In this document: one piece after another, positions 12,481-26,293 of the stretch
Layout of the letters: each line of letters starts with the position of its first letter
Position numbering within the stretch: the stretch's first letter is position 1
NCBI GenBank assembly: GCA_951406725.2
Contig: OX597826.1
Span: forward strand, 6,448,001 to 6,512,000
DNA: 64,000 bases
DNA from: Octopus vulgaris
Taxonomy: Eukaryota
Direction of reading: 5' to 3'
Notes under the pieces: model-generated
Database searches by the model: none
Told to the model about the DNA's origin: nothing
What the model saw: only the letters and a program-made list of their open reading frames with translations
Translations under genes and position numbers: made by a program

Positions 12481-13361
12481 ATTAACGCAATTTTATACTA
12501 CAAAATTAAATACGTTTGTCCATTTATAACTAAACTAACAATAACGTAAATTCACTGACGGTTTTTATTTTATTCCACAAACTCTTAAAAAGAAACGGAA
12601 TAAACCAAAAATATCATCGTCTGCTGCAAATACAATCCAGGCTTATTAATTAACTCACATGAGCAGCATCTCGATAATATGGCATGGAATTTCTCATTGA
12701 TTACATCTTATGCAAACCCTTAATGTCACAGTAATCTAAATGAAAAACTTGACAATGCAAGTACATTAAAACATCATGTGGTGGACATTCAATTTGAGAG
12801 CAACATGCACCACGCAAGACATATAATGAGTCTTAGTCGCTGAAAGCTCTTTCAGAACCCAACTAATAAGTTTGTATTATTCCAGTACGGCGTATGACGT
12901 TTATTACATATAATCCTTGGTTTGCCATCATTGTTACTTCATTCACATACTCATCTCTGTCAGCACTTTATTGCCACAACGGATGTTTCACTTATAAGGA
13001 AACAAGAATCGAAGTTAGGGATTTGTTAGCATATTTTTTTTTACACGAAGTATAGTTATTTTGTTTATATATTTATTTATTTATCTATATATTTATTTTT
13101 GGTCACAAATAATTTTTGAACATGTCATAGTACGTTATTCAAGAAAAAGGGCAGTTAATGCTAATCTGTGAAATATTAATCCTGTCAGATTAAGAGTCCG
13201 AATAACACTTCTTCCGCATTAGATCCAGGTTTATGATTGTGAAACACGGTGACAACTTGCCAATGATGGCTTTTCTGAAATAGAAAACTAAATTATACAC
13301 AATATAATCGCAATGACATAACGAAGAAAAAAAAGGAAAAGAAAACAACAACAACAACAAC

Positions 13362-13396
<35 letters not shown>

Positions 13397-14214
13397 TAAC
13401 GATAACCAAAATCGAGAGAAAGAAAGAGAAGGAAAGTGCGAAAAAAAATCGAAGAATAACACAACAGCCGCTACAAAACGACCACCAACAAATTATATTA
13501 ATAATAATGATGTCATCAATAACAAGGAGAAAAATAACGATAACAATAACATCATTATTAAGGACACTCCAATAATAACATTAATAATAACCATACTAAT
13601 ACCACTACTACTTCATACAATAACAATAACAACAGGCGTCAGCGACAGCAGTGATGGATATCCCCTTTTTATTTCCCAGATTTTCCTGTGTGAACATTAC
13701 ATTTTCTGGGGGATTTTTTTTCGTTTTTTAAAGCAATGGCTGTGCACTGGCTTGTTTGTGGCACATGTGCACAATTCAGTTGACAGTTACTGGATGTCAG
13801 TTAATGTAATCCCAGAGCCAGCAAAAGACAACTGACATCTTTAAGAATGTGAAATATCAAGCGTAGTAAGAAAGGAACGCCATTGTTTTGATTTTTAGAA
13901 ATACATTTCCTCCTCGAAGTATTGTTATTTTTATTGTTTTCATCAGTGTTTTTTTTTAGTCGTCATTGCTGTCGAAGTGGTCGTGGTTGTGGTTGTGGTT
14001 ATGGCAGTGGTTGCTTTCGGTAAACGGTCACGTTTCACAGAACTCTACTTAGAAAATATTTTCCTTCTACTTTCTTCCAGGATTACATAATGAAGAATGT
14101 TAGAAGCAGTTTTCCATCGACACAGATTTGGATTTAAATGTCTACTCAGTAATACTGGAAGAAAAACAGATATTCGATGTTTGACATTTCATTGTACATA
14201 CATAAGCACATACT

Positions 14215-14288
14215 TAAAATACATACATACTTACAAATATATACATATATACATACACACACACACTCACGCACGCACACACACACAC

Positions 14289-14333
<45 letters not shown>

Positions 14334-14476
14334 AATATATATATATATATATATATACATACATGTATATATATTTATATATATATATATGTGTGTTTAT
14401 TATATATATGTTTATTATGCATACATATATATCTAGATCCATATGTATACATATATATATATATATATATATATAT
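14215..14476. repeat. (TA)n/(CA)n microsatellite
   Basis: Tandem units. Confidence 0.95.
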
Positions 14477-14481
14477 TAATA

Positions 14482-15487
14482 AATAAAACATATACATACA
14501 TATATACATATATGTACGTACCTACCTCTACATGTATATATACACGCATATATGAGTACAGAACACCAAAAAAACCAGAAACGAAAACATAGACACAAAC
14601 CCAAGGAACTGGACATTTTTCTTAACCAACAAAAAATAGCGTACAGGACAAATAACACATGGAAAAAAACCCCTTCTTCAGTCGCCATGGTTTCATCTAC
14701 TCTACGATTCGAAGGTGAAGGCGAGACGTATCTTCGATAGAAACTTTCCTTCCTGCAAATCAAATAAAATTTGAGATCTTTTTGCGGAGGGGTAAAAATG
14801 GTAACAAAAACAGGACACTGACGACAGTACAAAATATAAGCAGTAAAAGACAGGACAAGGAAAATAGCAAGACAAGAAGTGCTGTTAAGCCGAACGAAAA
14901 AAAGTATTACGAACGCTATTTCTGTGGACGGCGAAGGGAGCAAAGAAAATTGCCGTCCACACCTCAAGAAGGTCAGGCGAGAAAGAAGGTGGCAAGGCTC
15001 TCGTCGCGGGTTAACGGCGGGAGGGAGGAGGAGGAGGAGTAAGAGAAAGGGAGAGAAGAAAGGGGAATGGTTGTGAGGAAACCAGAAAGAATGAAGAATG
15101 AGAAAGAGGGAGAGAGAGAGAGTGAAGAGTGAGAGAGAGGGAGAGACAGTTAAGTAGAAGAAAAGGAAATCAAAGAATGAAGGCTGAGAAAGGGAGGGGA
15201 CAGAAAGGTTAAGAGTGCGCATCAAAATTAATATCAAGAACAATCTTACTTAGAAAGGAATGCGTGCGTTCCGTCATATAATATGTTAAAAAATAAAACA
15301 TATGCATATATATATATATACATATATGTACGTACCTACCTCTACATGTATATATACACGCATATATGAGTACAGGACACCAAAAAAACATCGAACACAA
15401 TGAGAAACGAAAACATAGTCACAAACCCAAGGAACTGGACATTTTTCTTAAACAACAAAAAAATAGAGTACAGGACAAATAACACAA
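14482..15487. mobile_element. About 1-kb element bounded by 180-200 bp direct repeats (LTR-like or Penelope pseudo-LTR-like)
   Basis: GTACGTACCTACCTCTACATG...CACAAACCCAAGGAACTGGACATTTTTCTTAA...GGACAAATAACACA occurs at 14482-14659 and 15291-15487. Confidence 0.7.
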
Positions 15488-15506
15488 ATATATATATATA
15501 TATATT

Positions 15507-15760
15507 CTCTTTTATTCTCTTTTACTTGTTTCAGTCATTTGACGGCGGCCATGCTGGAACACTACCTTTAGTCAAGCAAATCAACCCCAAGACCTATTCT
15601 TTAGAATCATGGTACATATTCTATCGGTGTCTTTTGCCGATCCGCTAAGATACGGGGACGCCATCGGTTGTCAAGCGATGTTGGGGGGACAAACACAGAG
15701 AGATAAACATATACACATACATGCATAAATACATACGACGGGCTTCTTTCAGTTTCCGTC
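15507..15760 (-). mobile_element. SINE family B, 3' part
   Basis: Reverse complement of CCAGCATGGCCGCCGTCAAATGACTGAAACAAGTAAAAGAG and AACTGAAAGAAGCCCGTCG. Confidence 0.9.
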
Positions 15761-15879
15761 CCTTTCGTCGGACTGTACGACGGACGGGAACTGAAATTCT
15801 AACAGTTTTTGCGATAATTTTGCTGCTTTTTAATTCCGCGAAGAATTCCTTTCAATACACGTCTATGATGCTTCCCCTA

Positions 15880-16045
15880 TTGTTATTATTATCATCATCA
15901 TCATCATCCTCATCACCACCACCACCACCACCACCACCACCACCACCACCACCATCATCCTCATCATCATCATCATCGTCATCATCATCATCATCATCAT
16001 CATCATTATTATTATAATTATTATTACTATTAGTATTATTATTAT
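15880..16045. repeat. (CAT)n/(CAC)n/(ATT)n microsatellite
   Basis: Tandem units. Confidence 0.95.
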
Positions 16046-16270
16046 GGTGTCCATGGTCGAGTGGTTAGTGTAGTGCACTCACAATCGAGATATCATGGTC
16101 TCAATTCCTAGGGTGAGCGGTACGTTTTGCACTTGAGCAAACCACTTCATCTCCTGTTGCCCTGCGATCACTTCCACATCTCACGCGTGGTACAGTGTAC
16201 ACCTGTCCAGGTAACGTGCATTTGTTGGGGAGACGTAGCTAATGTACAACTTTATAAACAAATGATTTGA
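16046..16270 (+). mobile_element. Degenerate tRNA-headed SINE (head similar to family C, different tail)
   Basis: TGGTCGAGTGGTTAG A-box-like; CTTGAGCAAAACCACTT CORE-like segment. Confidence 0.6.
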
Positions 16271-16427
16271 GCAGGTGCGGCCAAAAGTTGGACAGTCATA
16301 CTTTGTCTTCGACTGGAGCGTCGGTCGTCGTCATCATCATCATCATTATCATCATTGTCATCATCATTATTATAATTATTATAATTATTATTATTATCAT
16401 TATCATTATTGTTATTAGTATAATTAT

Positions 16428-16546
16428 TCGATTCCACTGCGTGGCTCCTTGGGCAAGTGTTTTCTACTATAACCTCGGGCCGAACAAAAGCCTTGTGAGA
16501 GGATTTGGTAGGCGAAAATTGAAAGAAGCCCGTCGTATATATATAT

Positions 16547-16622
<76 letters not shown>

Positions 16623-16793
16623 TGCGCAGGAGTGGCTGTGTGGTAAGTAGCTTGCTAACCAACCACATGGTTCCAGGTTCAGTCCCACTGCGTGGCATCT
16701 TGGGCAAGTGTCTTCTGCTATAGCCCCGGACCGACCAATGCCTTGTGAGTGGATTTGGTAGACGGAAACTGAAAGAAGCCTGTCGTATATATG

Positions 16794-16824
<31 letters not shown>

Positions 16825-17306
16825 TTGTGTGTCTGTGTTTGTCCCCCTAGCATTGCTTGACAACCGATGCTTGTGTGTTTACGTCCCCGTCACTTAGCGG
16901 TTCGGCAAAAGAGACCGATAGAATAAATACTGGGCTTACAAAGAATAAGTTCCGGGGTCGATTTGCTCGACTAAAGGCGGTGCTCCAGCATGGCCGCAGT
17001 CAAATGACTGAAACAAGTAAAAGAGAAAAGAGAAAGAAATATATATACATATATATATATATATATGTATATGTATGTATGTATGTATGTATATGCTTGT
17101 GTGTTTGTGTTTGTCCCCCAACATCGCTTGACAACTGATGCTGGTCTGTTTACGTCCTCGTAACTGAGCGATTCGGCAAAAGACACCGATAGAAAAAGTA
17201 CTAGGCTTAGAATAATAATAAGTGCTGGAGGTCCTTTTGTTCGACTAAATGCGGTGCTCCAGCATGGCCGCAGTCAAATAACTGAAACAAATGAAAGAAT
17301 AAAAGA
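16428..17306 (+). mobile_element. SINE family B cluster: partial 16428-16540, full-length 16624-17038, 3' half 17100-17306 (CORE-type SINE with internal microsatellite)
   Basis: A box TGGCTGTGTGG, B box GGTTCAGTCCC, CORE-like CTTGGGCAAGTGTCTT, internal (TA)n(TG)n, tail CAGTCAAATGACTGAAAC. Confidence 0.92.
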
Positions 17307-17360
<54 letters not shown>

Positions 17361-17585
17361 GAGTGAGAGAGCAGATCATGCCATCAAAGTAACACTGGAC
17401 GAAATGCTTAGCGGAATTTCGTCTGTCGCTACGTTCTGAGTTCAAATTCCGCTGAGGTAGACTTTACCTTTCAACCTTTCGGAGTTGATAAATTAAGTAC
17501 CAGTGAAACACTCGGGTCGATGCAATCGACTTAACCCTCCGCCCAAAATTTAAGGCTTCGTGCCTATAATTGAAATGATTGTTAA

Positions 17586-17623
<38 letters not shown>

Positions 17624-17648
17624 TATTATTATTGTTGTAGTAGTAGTT

Positions 17649-17681
<33 letters not shown>

Positions 17682-17735
17682 ATAGTAGTAGTAGTAGTTG
17701 TTGTAGTAATATTTGTAATAGTAGTAGCAGCAGCA
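17307..17735. repeat. (ATT)n and (GTA)n tracts enclosing a SINE family A copy (+, 17398-17580)
   Basis: Tandem units; GAAATGCTTAGCGG..GAGTTCAAATTCCG..AAGTACCAG. Confidence 0.9.
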
Positions 17736-18719
17736 GGCGCAGAGTTAGTAGTTAGTGTAGTTTTATTGTGTTAGTCGCGGTGATGGCGGAAGTGTCGTAT
17801 TGTTTTGATGGCTTCTTAGCTCTGGTTGGGTGGTGGAAGTAATTGTGCAACTAGCATCATAGTTTTTGTTGTTGTAAGGATTATATTCATGGTAAACATA
17901 GCTACCGTAGTAGTGGTAGTGTTTGTAGTGAGGAAACTAGTGAAGTTGGTATTGGTAGTTTTGGTGGTTGGGTTAGGGACAGTGTTATTCCAAGTTTAAA
18001 GAAGGATTAGTGCTCAGTAATTTCACAAATGCTGTCCATTCCGAAATGTGGTGCAATCAGCCATTTCAGGTAGCAGTGCAGTGTAAATCATTGGTGCGTA
18101 ACAGAATCGAAATGGACGTAACACAAGGCTGGATAATCACGGCGTTTTGAATAAACAAGACTACCGTATACAAGAAATTATCCCTTGGGTGTGTCGCTAA
18201 TACGGAGAACGAGTAACTTAGAGATAGATAAATAAAGAGAGAACGAGAAGATTATTAAGATGCATACAGAGAACGAGGTGATGGCTAAAAGGCTTTTGTT
18301 AGTCTGTCTGTCAGGTATCTGCTTTCGATTAAAGTAAAATGAGAAACAGACTTTTAGAGATGGAGTGGAGAGGAAAATAGCAAGTGGAGATATAATTACT
18401 GAGGAAGAAATGGTAGATATATGTAAATAAGTGAAGGAAAAAGAGATAATGTCAGAGTTGTGGAGAGAACACGAGAGGTAGAGATTAATAAAATGAAAGA
18501 GAAATAGAGCTGCATATAAAGGGAAGAGTTTAAAGAAAGGAAAGACAAGGAGGAAGCGATAGAAAAGAAGGTATGAGTAATAACGGATAGAGCAATGAGG
18601 TTGTAATAAGGATAGTGAGGTAGATGAATAGAGACGAACAAAGGGAAAGGACGTTAAATAATGATAAATCAATAACTTAGATATGTAGAATAATCGTGAA
18701 TACAATATAAGGATTATGG

Positions 18720-19623
<904 letters not shown>

Positions 19624-20357
19624 AGAGCGCAAGACGCAGAAATTCTAAGGTCGAGTTGTTAACGCACATTTAGGGCGCATGCATTGATTTCTTCAATATA
19701 TAGCAAAATAAGATAGCGGGAAGGTAAGAGATGGGGGGAGAAGGACGACAACACTTATTTAAAGCTTGAGTTCAGGAATCAAAGCTAATCCAAGCATTGA
19801 AATGTATTTTCTGTAGAGTATTGCCTTCTTTGGCGTGGAATCAGTTCCGTTTGCAAATCTATTCATTTTACGCTGGTCATCTGAAACTAACTGATGCGCA
19901 GAAAGGAAAAATGCTTTCCAACTCCCTAATGTATTTTAACGATTCTAGTAACATTCTTTAACAACTAATCTACGTAAGTAAAACGCATAAAGAGGATTTA
20001 TTTGAGTTTTACGACGAATATGGAGGCTTATCTATAGTTACTTTCAAATATAATCACTAGCTTTTGACATGTCCACCGGTGACCTACCTGTCCAAAAGTC
20101 ATTGCTTTAAGAACTCAAGAATTGTTAAACTTAGAAGTACTTTGAGCAGTTTGCATGCGTGTGAGTATATATGCATACTTCTTTTGCTGTACGTAATTGA
20201 CCCAGTTAGAAACAAATGCAAACTTGTGTTCAATAAAGCATTCAAATACTCTAAATTACGTGCGGGTCTGCAACTGTGTATATGTGTGGGTGTTTAATAT
20301 GAGAAAGAATAAAAATATTGCAAGAAAAAATAAAGTTTTCGGAGAAATACATCGATA

Positions 20358-20376
20358 TATAATAATAATAGTAATC

Positions 20377-20445
<69 letters not shown>

Positions 20446-20482
20446 GTAATAATAATAATAATGATGATGATGATGATAATAA
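20358..20482. repeat. (TAA)n microsatellite
   Basis: Tandem units. Confidence 0.97.
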
Positions 20483-20884
20483 TTGCAGTACCAGGCAGTG
20501 GCTCTCATGGCTTCTGATCTTAACTGATTGGAAGTGTTATCATGTACATTGTTTTGTCTTGGTATAAAAGATGGGCTACAGCAAATATTCTGCTCAGTAC
20601 CACAGATTTGCTTGTCAGTTGTTTGACCTTAACCAGTTGAACATGTCCCTTAGTGGCTGACGATATGTGCATCTCTGATCACGAGCAGAAGTAGTGGGGG
20701 AGCATCATAGCCATGTGTTGAGAGGGATTCTTTGGGGTTTGAATAGTTCACCTCTGGAAACATGGGTGGTTCTTTCAACATCCTTAAACAACCCTTATTC
20801 AGGGACCTTTTGAGCGGGATGGGCTACTCAACCTGAAGAAAATTCTAACTGGGCCCCACCTGCAAGCTCATGTGCTGTTTATCG
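20483..20884 (+). mobile_element. Dispersed repeat abutting (TAA)n, probably the 3' region of a non-LTR element
   Basis: Segment AAATATTCTGCTCA.TACCACAGATTTGCTTGTCAGTTGTTTGAC.TTAACCAGTTGA recurs at 51503-51561, again next to (TAA)n. Confidence 0.65.
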
Positions 20885-22320
20885 TAGGGTAAGGACAATA
20901 CTCAAGACAGAGCCGAATGCAAGAAACTGGATGGAAGCGACCAATTCTTTAGCCATACCAGTCGTGACTTACAGTTTCAATACCATTAACTGGTCAATTA
21001 CTGAAATATGTAATCTTGAAAGAAGAATACGAAAATTCTTGACAATGCAGAGAATGCACAACCCTAAGCAGATATAGAACGACTTTATCTGCCAAGAAAA
21101 TAGGGATGCCGTGGACTTTTACAACTCTAATTAACAATGAAGATTTCCACAATTGGCCTAGACATCTACCTGAAAAGCTTCTTAAAACTTGTCTCAAAGC
21201 ATGAAAACAAGCAAGCATCATACTCAGTAACAAAACAGGAAAAGGAATATCTAAGTGAATTCCAAATACAACAAATTCCAGAATTAGAGGTACTAGAAAC
21301 AAGCACAGTAAAAGCTAAGCGTATGAAAATTCCTGCTAAAACTGCTACTTTAGATATTCTTACTCAAAAATGGCAAGAAAAACCTCTGAATGGCAAATAC
21401 CCAAAGAGAGCTAATAGTGCCGATGTTGACAAATTCCTTATTTCATCAATGGTTAGTGGCTTCTGGCTTAAAATGAGAAACAGAAGGGCTTATCATAGCA
21501 GCCCATGATGAAAGCCTACCTACAAGGAACTACGACGTCAACATATTAAAGAACGGCAGTAGCTCAACGTGTCGTGTATGTCGACAACAAAATGAAACCA
21601 TTGATCATGTCGTCTCCATGTGCAGTCATATTGCGCCTACAGAGTATGTTAACAGGAATGATAGAGCAGCACTGGGTAATTTGCAAAAATCTGGGCCTCC
21701 TCCATGTTAAAAACTGTTGGGAACACAAACCACCTCGTGGGCTTGGAAATAATCACAATCTCATTCCTATGGAACTTCACCATTCAAGATGACAGAACGA
21801 CAGATACCTATAGGCTAGACATTATATTGAAAGACTTCAGACAAAAATAATGCGCCGTCATTGATATGACTCTCCCAATCGACATAAATGTATCTGTCAA
21901 GACCTACCAAAATCTGAGCAAGAATAAAGAACTTGAAATAGAAATTGGCAAAATGTGGAACCACAAGACTAAAACAATACCTATTGTCATAGGTACCCTA
22001 GGAATGATAGCAAAATGGGCTGATTGTTACGTAGCTCTGATATCAGGAAACCCCAGAATGACAGAAATTCAAAAGATGGTGTTCATAGGAACTGACCATA
22101 TCATATGTAATATACTGACTATGTAATCTCAAATTTTAAAAGAAACTCATAATTTTCTTATGTTTTCTTAAACAATTTCTAGAACAATACTATTCTTAAA
22201 ACCAAATATATAACACTCTAGGCATAACACCAACATGAACTTTTCTAACTTGTTGTCTCTTGAGGTCTCCGGGTGCGACTTCGAGTCAGCTTCTACAAAA
22301 ACAAAGCAAAAGTGAAACAT
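20885..22320 (+). mobile_element. 5'-truncated R4/Dong-type non-LTR retrotransposon (CCHC knuckle + restriction-like endonuclease), frameshifted
   Basis: EGLIIAAHDESLPTRNY; CRVCRQQNETIDHVVSMC (21570-21623); HWVICKNLG..WEHKP; RLDII; IDMTLPIDINVSVKTYQNLSKNKELEIEIGKMW..IPIVIGTLG; 3' UTR runs into (TAA)n. Confidence 0.88.
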
Positions 22321-22345
22321 ATAATAATAATAACAACAACAACAC

Positions 22346-22408
<63 letters not shown>

Positions 22409-22425
22409 TGATGATGATGATGATG

Positions 22426-22465
<40 letters not shown>

Positions 22466-22473
22466 TATTGATG

Positions 22474-22552
<79 letters not shown>
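22320..22552. repeat. (TAA)n/(TGA)n microsatellite
   Basis: Tandem units. Confidence 0.97.
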
Positions 22553-22555
<3 letters not shown>

Positions 22556-23264
22556 AGTAATAGATCAAAAATAAAAGCGACAAAAATAATCAAGTATTCA
22601 TGAACGACTTATCTTTTATCGTTTAGTTTTTATCATTTCGAACTGAAAAAGTAAAACGAAAAACATACTGTCAGGTTAAACTAAGCGATAACATTATAAG
22701 AATTAGTCGAAGAAAATGACCCGAGCTCTAGTATTTAATTTTTATGTCTCGTACCTATTTTACCGGTTTCTTTTCTTGAACCACTACGTTACAGGGGCGT
22801 ACAGAAACCAACGCACGCATAGTCAATAAATAAGTGCTTTATCGTGGCTAAGAGTTGTTTTGAATATTATTTCTAGCAATGCTGGTGCTGATTTGCACCG
22901 TTAGTCACTTTACTGTTGATTGTACTCGTGACTTTTGGATTCGAAATTACGAGTAACCACCTTAATAACTTATAATTTTCACTTTACCATTTTACCGAAT
23001 CAGCCACTGATTCCTAGGGTATTTTCTATAAATAGATAAACCTCAATTTAGCCCTAGGCAAATGTGTAAGTGTCTGTGATGAAGATTAATTCAGTCCGAA
23101 ATCATGGTTGATCTGACACTCCTCGCTTGCTGTAGGGAGGTCGTCTTCCTTGTCCATCAATAAGTGAGTGCTTTGCCCATGGTTAAGAGTGGATTTGACT
23201 CTTACTTCTAGCAATACTGGGGCTCATTTGCACCCTTAGTCACTTCAGTAAAGTCGTACCTGTG

Positions 23265-23369
<105 letters not shown>

Positions 23370-23459
23370 CCGACCAGCTTTCGTAAAGTTTCCGTCTATT
23401 AAATTCACTCAAAAGTCATTGGCCTGTCTGGTTGATTCATGATTATATGCTTACTATAG

Positions 23460-24409
23460 TAGGGTTAAGGCCCCACAGAATTATCCATAATGTAACAATA
23501 GACATCTGTAGTTAGGAGATGAAGGGTGATGACCCGAGGCTGGAAGGCTTGCAACCACCGCCACAAAGGGAAACCTTTATCGTGTTCACCACATACTGAT
23601 GGATGACTATAAATCAAATAGTCAATATTAGTAGCATATCTCGCCAGAGAGATATGCTCAGTAGGTGCTACGTCTGTTGACAGCTGATCAAAAGCCTTCC
23701 GTGCTGATCACATCAAGAGAAAGTCTGGCGTTGTTTACGGTTGATCCATCTCTTTCCTTGAACGTTTCGTAATCCAGAAGTGCTGGGTTCATCACTTTGA
23801 GGCAGACAGAAAGACACAATCCATGTGGTGGAATCATCCTTTTTCACCGACTCCAAAGAAGGTGAAAGTAATGTCATCTGCAGGGAAGGCGATGACATCC
23901 CGATTTTAGATGTAAAAGTCATTGTGTTTATTGAGTAACTTCTAAAGGGCCTAACCACCAATAGTGAGTACTATGAGAGCTTGCTGAGGCAGTTACGGAA
24001 GGCTACGAAGCCTCAATGCGCAGGAAAACTGACAGAAGGGCACTTTTTTATCAGGATAATGATCCAGTAACCATGTCCGTGGTTTCAATATCTATTGTGC
24101 TTGGTTTTGGTTTTAAGCTGGTTGGTCACATTATTTATTCTCCTGACAATTACCTGTTCTCCAGCATGAAAAAAACCCCACTTGTCTGGGAGCGACTATG
24201 GAAGTTGAGGACTACATATCTGTTGTGCATTAATTTTTTTTTATCAACAGGATGAAAGCTTTTTCAGCAATGGTATCCAAACACTACAACACTGATGGAA
24301 GAAGTGTGTGGAACGCAAGCGTGAATTAGGTGGGAAAATTTAACCTCATTTAGTCACACTCTGTGAAAGTGTTTTGATCAGCTAATACGCGTTTCAGTCG
24401 AACATCGTG
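23460..24409 (+). mobile_element. Decayed mariner transposon
   Basis: DDPR.GR..T; WVHHFEADRKTQSMWWNHPFSPTPKKVKVMSSAGK; NSEYYESLLRQLR; GIQTLQH*WKKCVE, all mariner transposase landmarks with stops and frameshifts. Confidence 0.88.
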
Positions 24410-25167
24410 CACGTTGTCTGATCAATAAGTATCCAGAATGTTGCCATAGTAACGAAGCGAAAGCGCCCAGAGTGAAGCTGCTTGGCAGAGATTGACCGTG
24501 AACTATGTTTTGCATGCGTGCTAAGTTCTAATGCTCCAGCTGTTTAAAATAGTACTTGTAGGAAGATCGTCGCATTGACCATGACAGAGAAAGAAAATGT
24601 GCATCAAATTTTGCAAAAAGATTGGCGATACCTGCTCAGAGCCCTACATATAGATTCAAAATGTTTTCATCATTCTCTGCACAATCAAGGAGATCTTGTG
24701 CAACTGAAACTCGTGTGTCATTTTGGTTAGCTGAAAGCAGTTTTGGCATAAACTTGGCAGACACGCACCTCATACACAAATCGTCCGTGATAATGGACTG
24801 AACTGAACCGTAACTAATCTGCACTCCCTATAACAACTCACGGATGGTCATTCTAGGATTTCCTCTCTTCGCTGCACGTACAACTGCGATGTTTTTCTCA
24901 GTTCTCCTGGTTGCGGGTCTCCTAGAACGTTCGTCAATATCGACATATTTTCGGCCATCTTGGAAACATCTGAACCACTCGTACACTCCTCACTATACAC
25001 TTTATGCAACTTTGTGCAGACCTCTTGTCATGGTAAAAGCGACGATCAGACACTACACACCTTCCTTCCAACCACTGCTGTAAACAACAGAAGTGTACTA
25101 CAAAGTAAAAAGTTAGTGCTTCGTTAATATAGCAATAGTTCAGATAATTATTGACCAGACCCCGTAT
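24410..25167. mobile_element. Mariner-derived non-autonomous element with ~49-bp TIRs and two inverted 5' ends
   Basis: TIRs at 24410-24458 and 25118-25167; + strand CIKFCKKIGDTCSE; - strand ISYGSVQSIITDDLCMRCVSAKFMPKLL. Confidence 0.85.
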
Positions 25168-25426
25168 AGTTAAATGTCGTAAGACAAATTCTGTTATCAG
25201 GAATCAAATATAGTTTCGTGACGATTTTCAGGAACTGCTGTCTACGTAAATGAAGACATTCTCTTTACTTGTTTTGTGTTACGTAATATATCATTTAATA
25301 ATATTATAGAACATTCTACCATCAACAATAATTTATTTACTATCTGCCAATGATATAAACATGAATAAATTTTCAAGACTAACGTCTATTAAACTTTACA
25401 GTTACTTAACGTTAAATTTCAAACAC

Positions 25427-25645
<219 letters not shown>

Positions 25646-26203
25646 ATGTAGATTTGTTGTGTGAATGCATGTATCCATTTGTTCTTCTGTATTTATTGAG
25701 TATATCTAAATTTTTCTTTCATCATTTATATTACTAATGCTTTCAACTGTCTTCATATTCTGTATCACGGTGTTTTCACACAGACATATATTTTAATATC
25801 TATATTTGTCATACTTAGTTGAAACATTTGCTTTTATTTATTTCTCTTCCATCGATCAATAAGTTTCGTTTGTTGAAATGAGCAACACAAATTACTGTAT
25901 TTTTAAAAGTAATTATTTTTGTTTTGTGCGTGGGTGTGTCGGAATTTACGTCATTTTAAGACACAGCATTCTATGATTATTCTTCCCCGTAACTGAAACG
26001 ATTTAAGTTCATAATTTTAGTGGAGGTGGCATAACTTTCAGCAATATATTTCCTGAAACAGCTTTAAAAGAAAAATATTCACGAGGATAATGAATTTATC
26101 ATTATTTTAAACTTGCAAAATTAGCCCACCTAGCAAGAAAGTGTATTTAGTAATAAACATACACAGACACACAGACACACACAAACACACACACACAGAC
26201 ACA

Positions 26204-26293
<90 letters not shown>

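Noticed and set aside
14081-14135. Strong acceptor TTCTACTTTCTTCCAG
   Set aside because: All three frames stop within 19 codons and no partner exon is identifiable; a terminal or non-coding exon cannot be supported
14476-15243. 255-aa minus-strand ORF
   Set aside because: Low-complexity L/F/S composition from a pyrimidine-rich strand inside a repeat element; no domain
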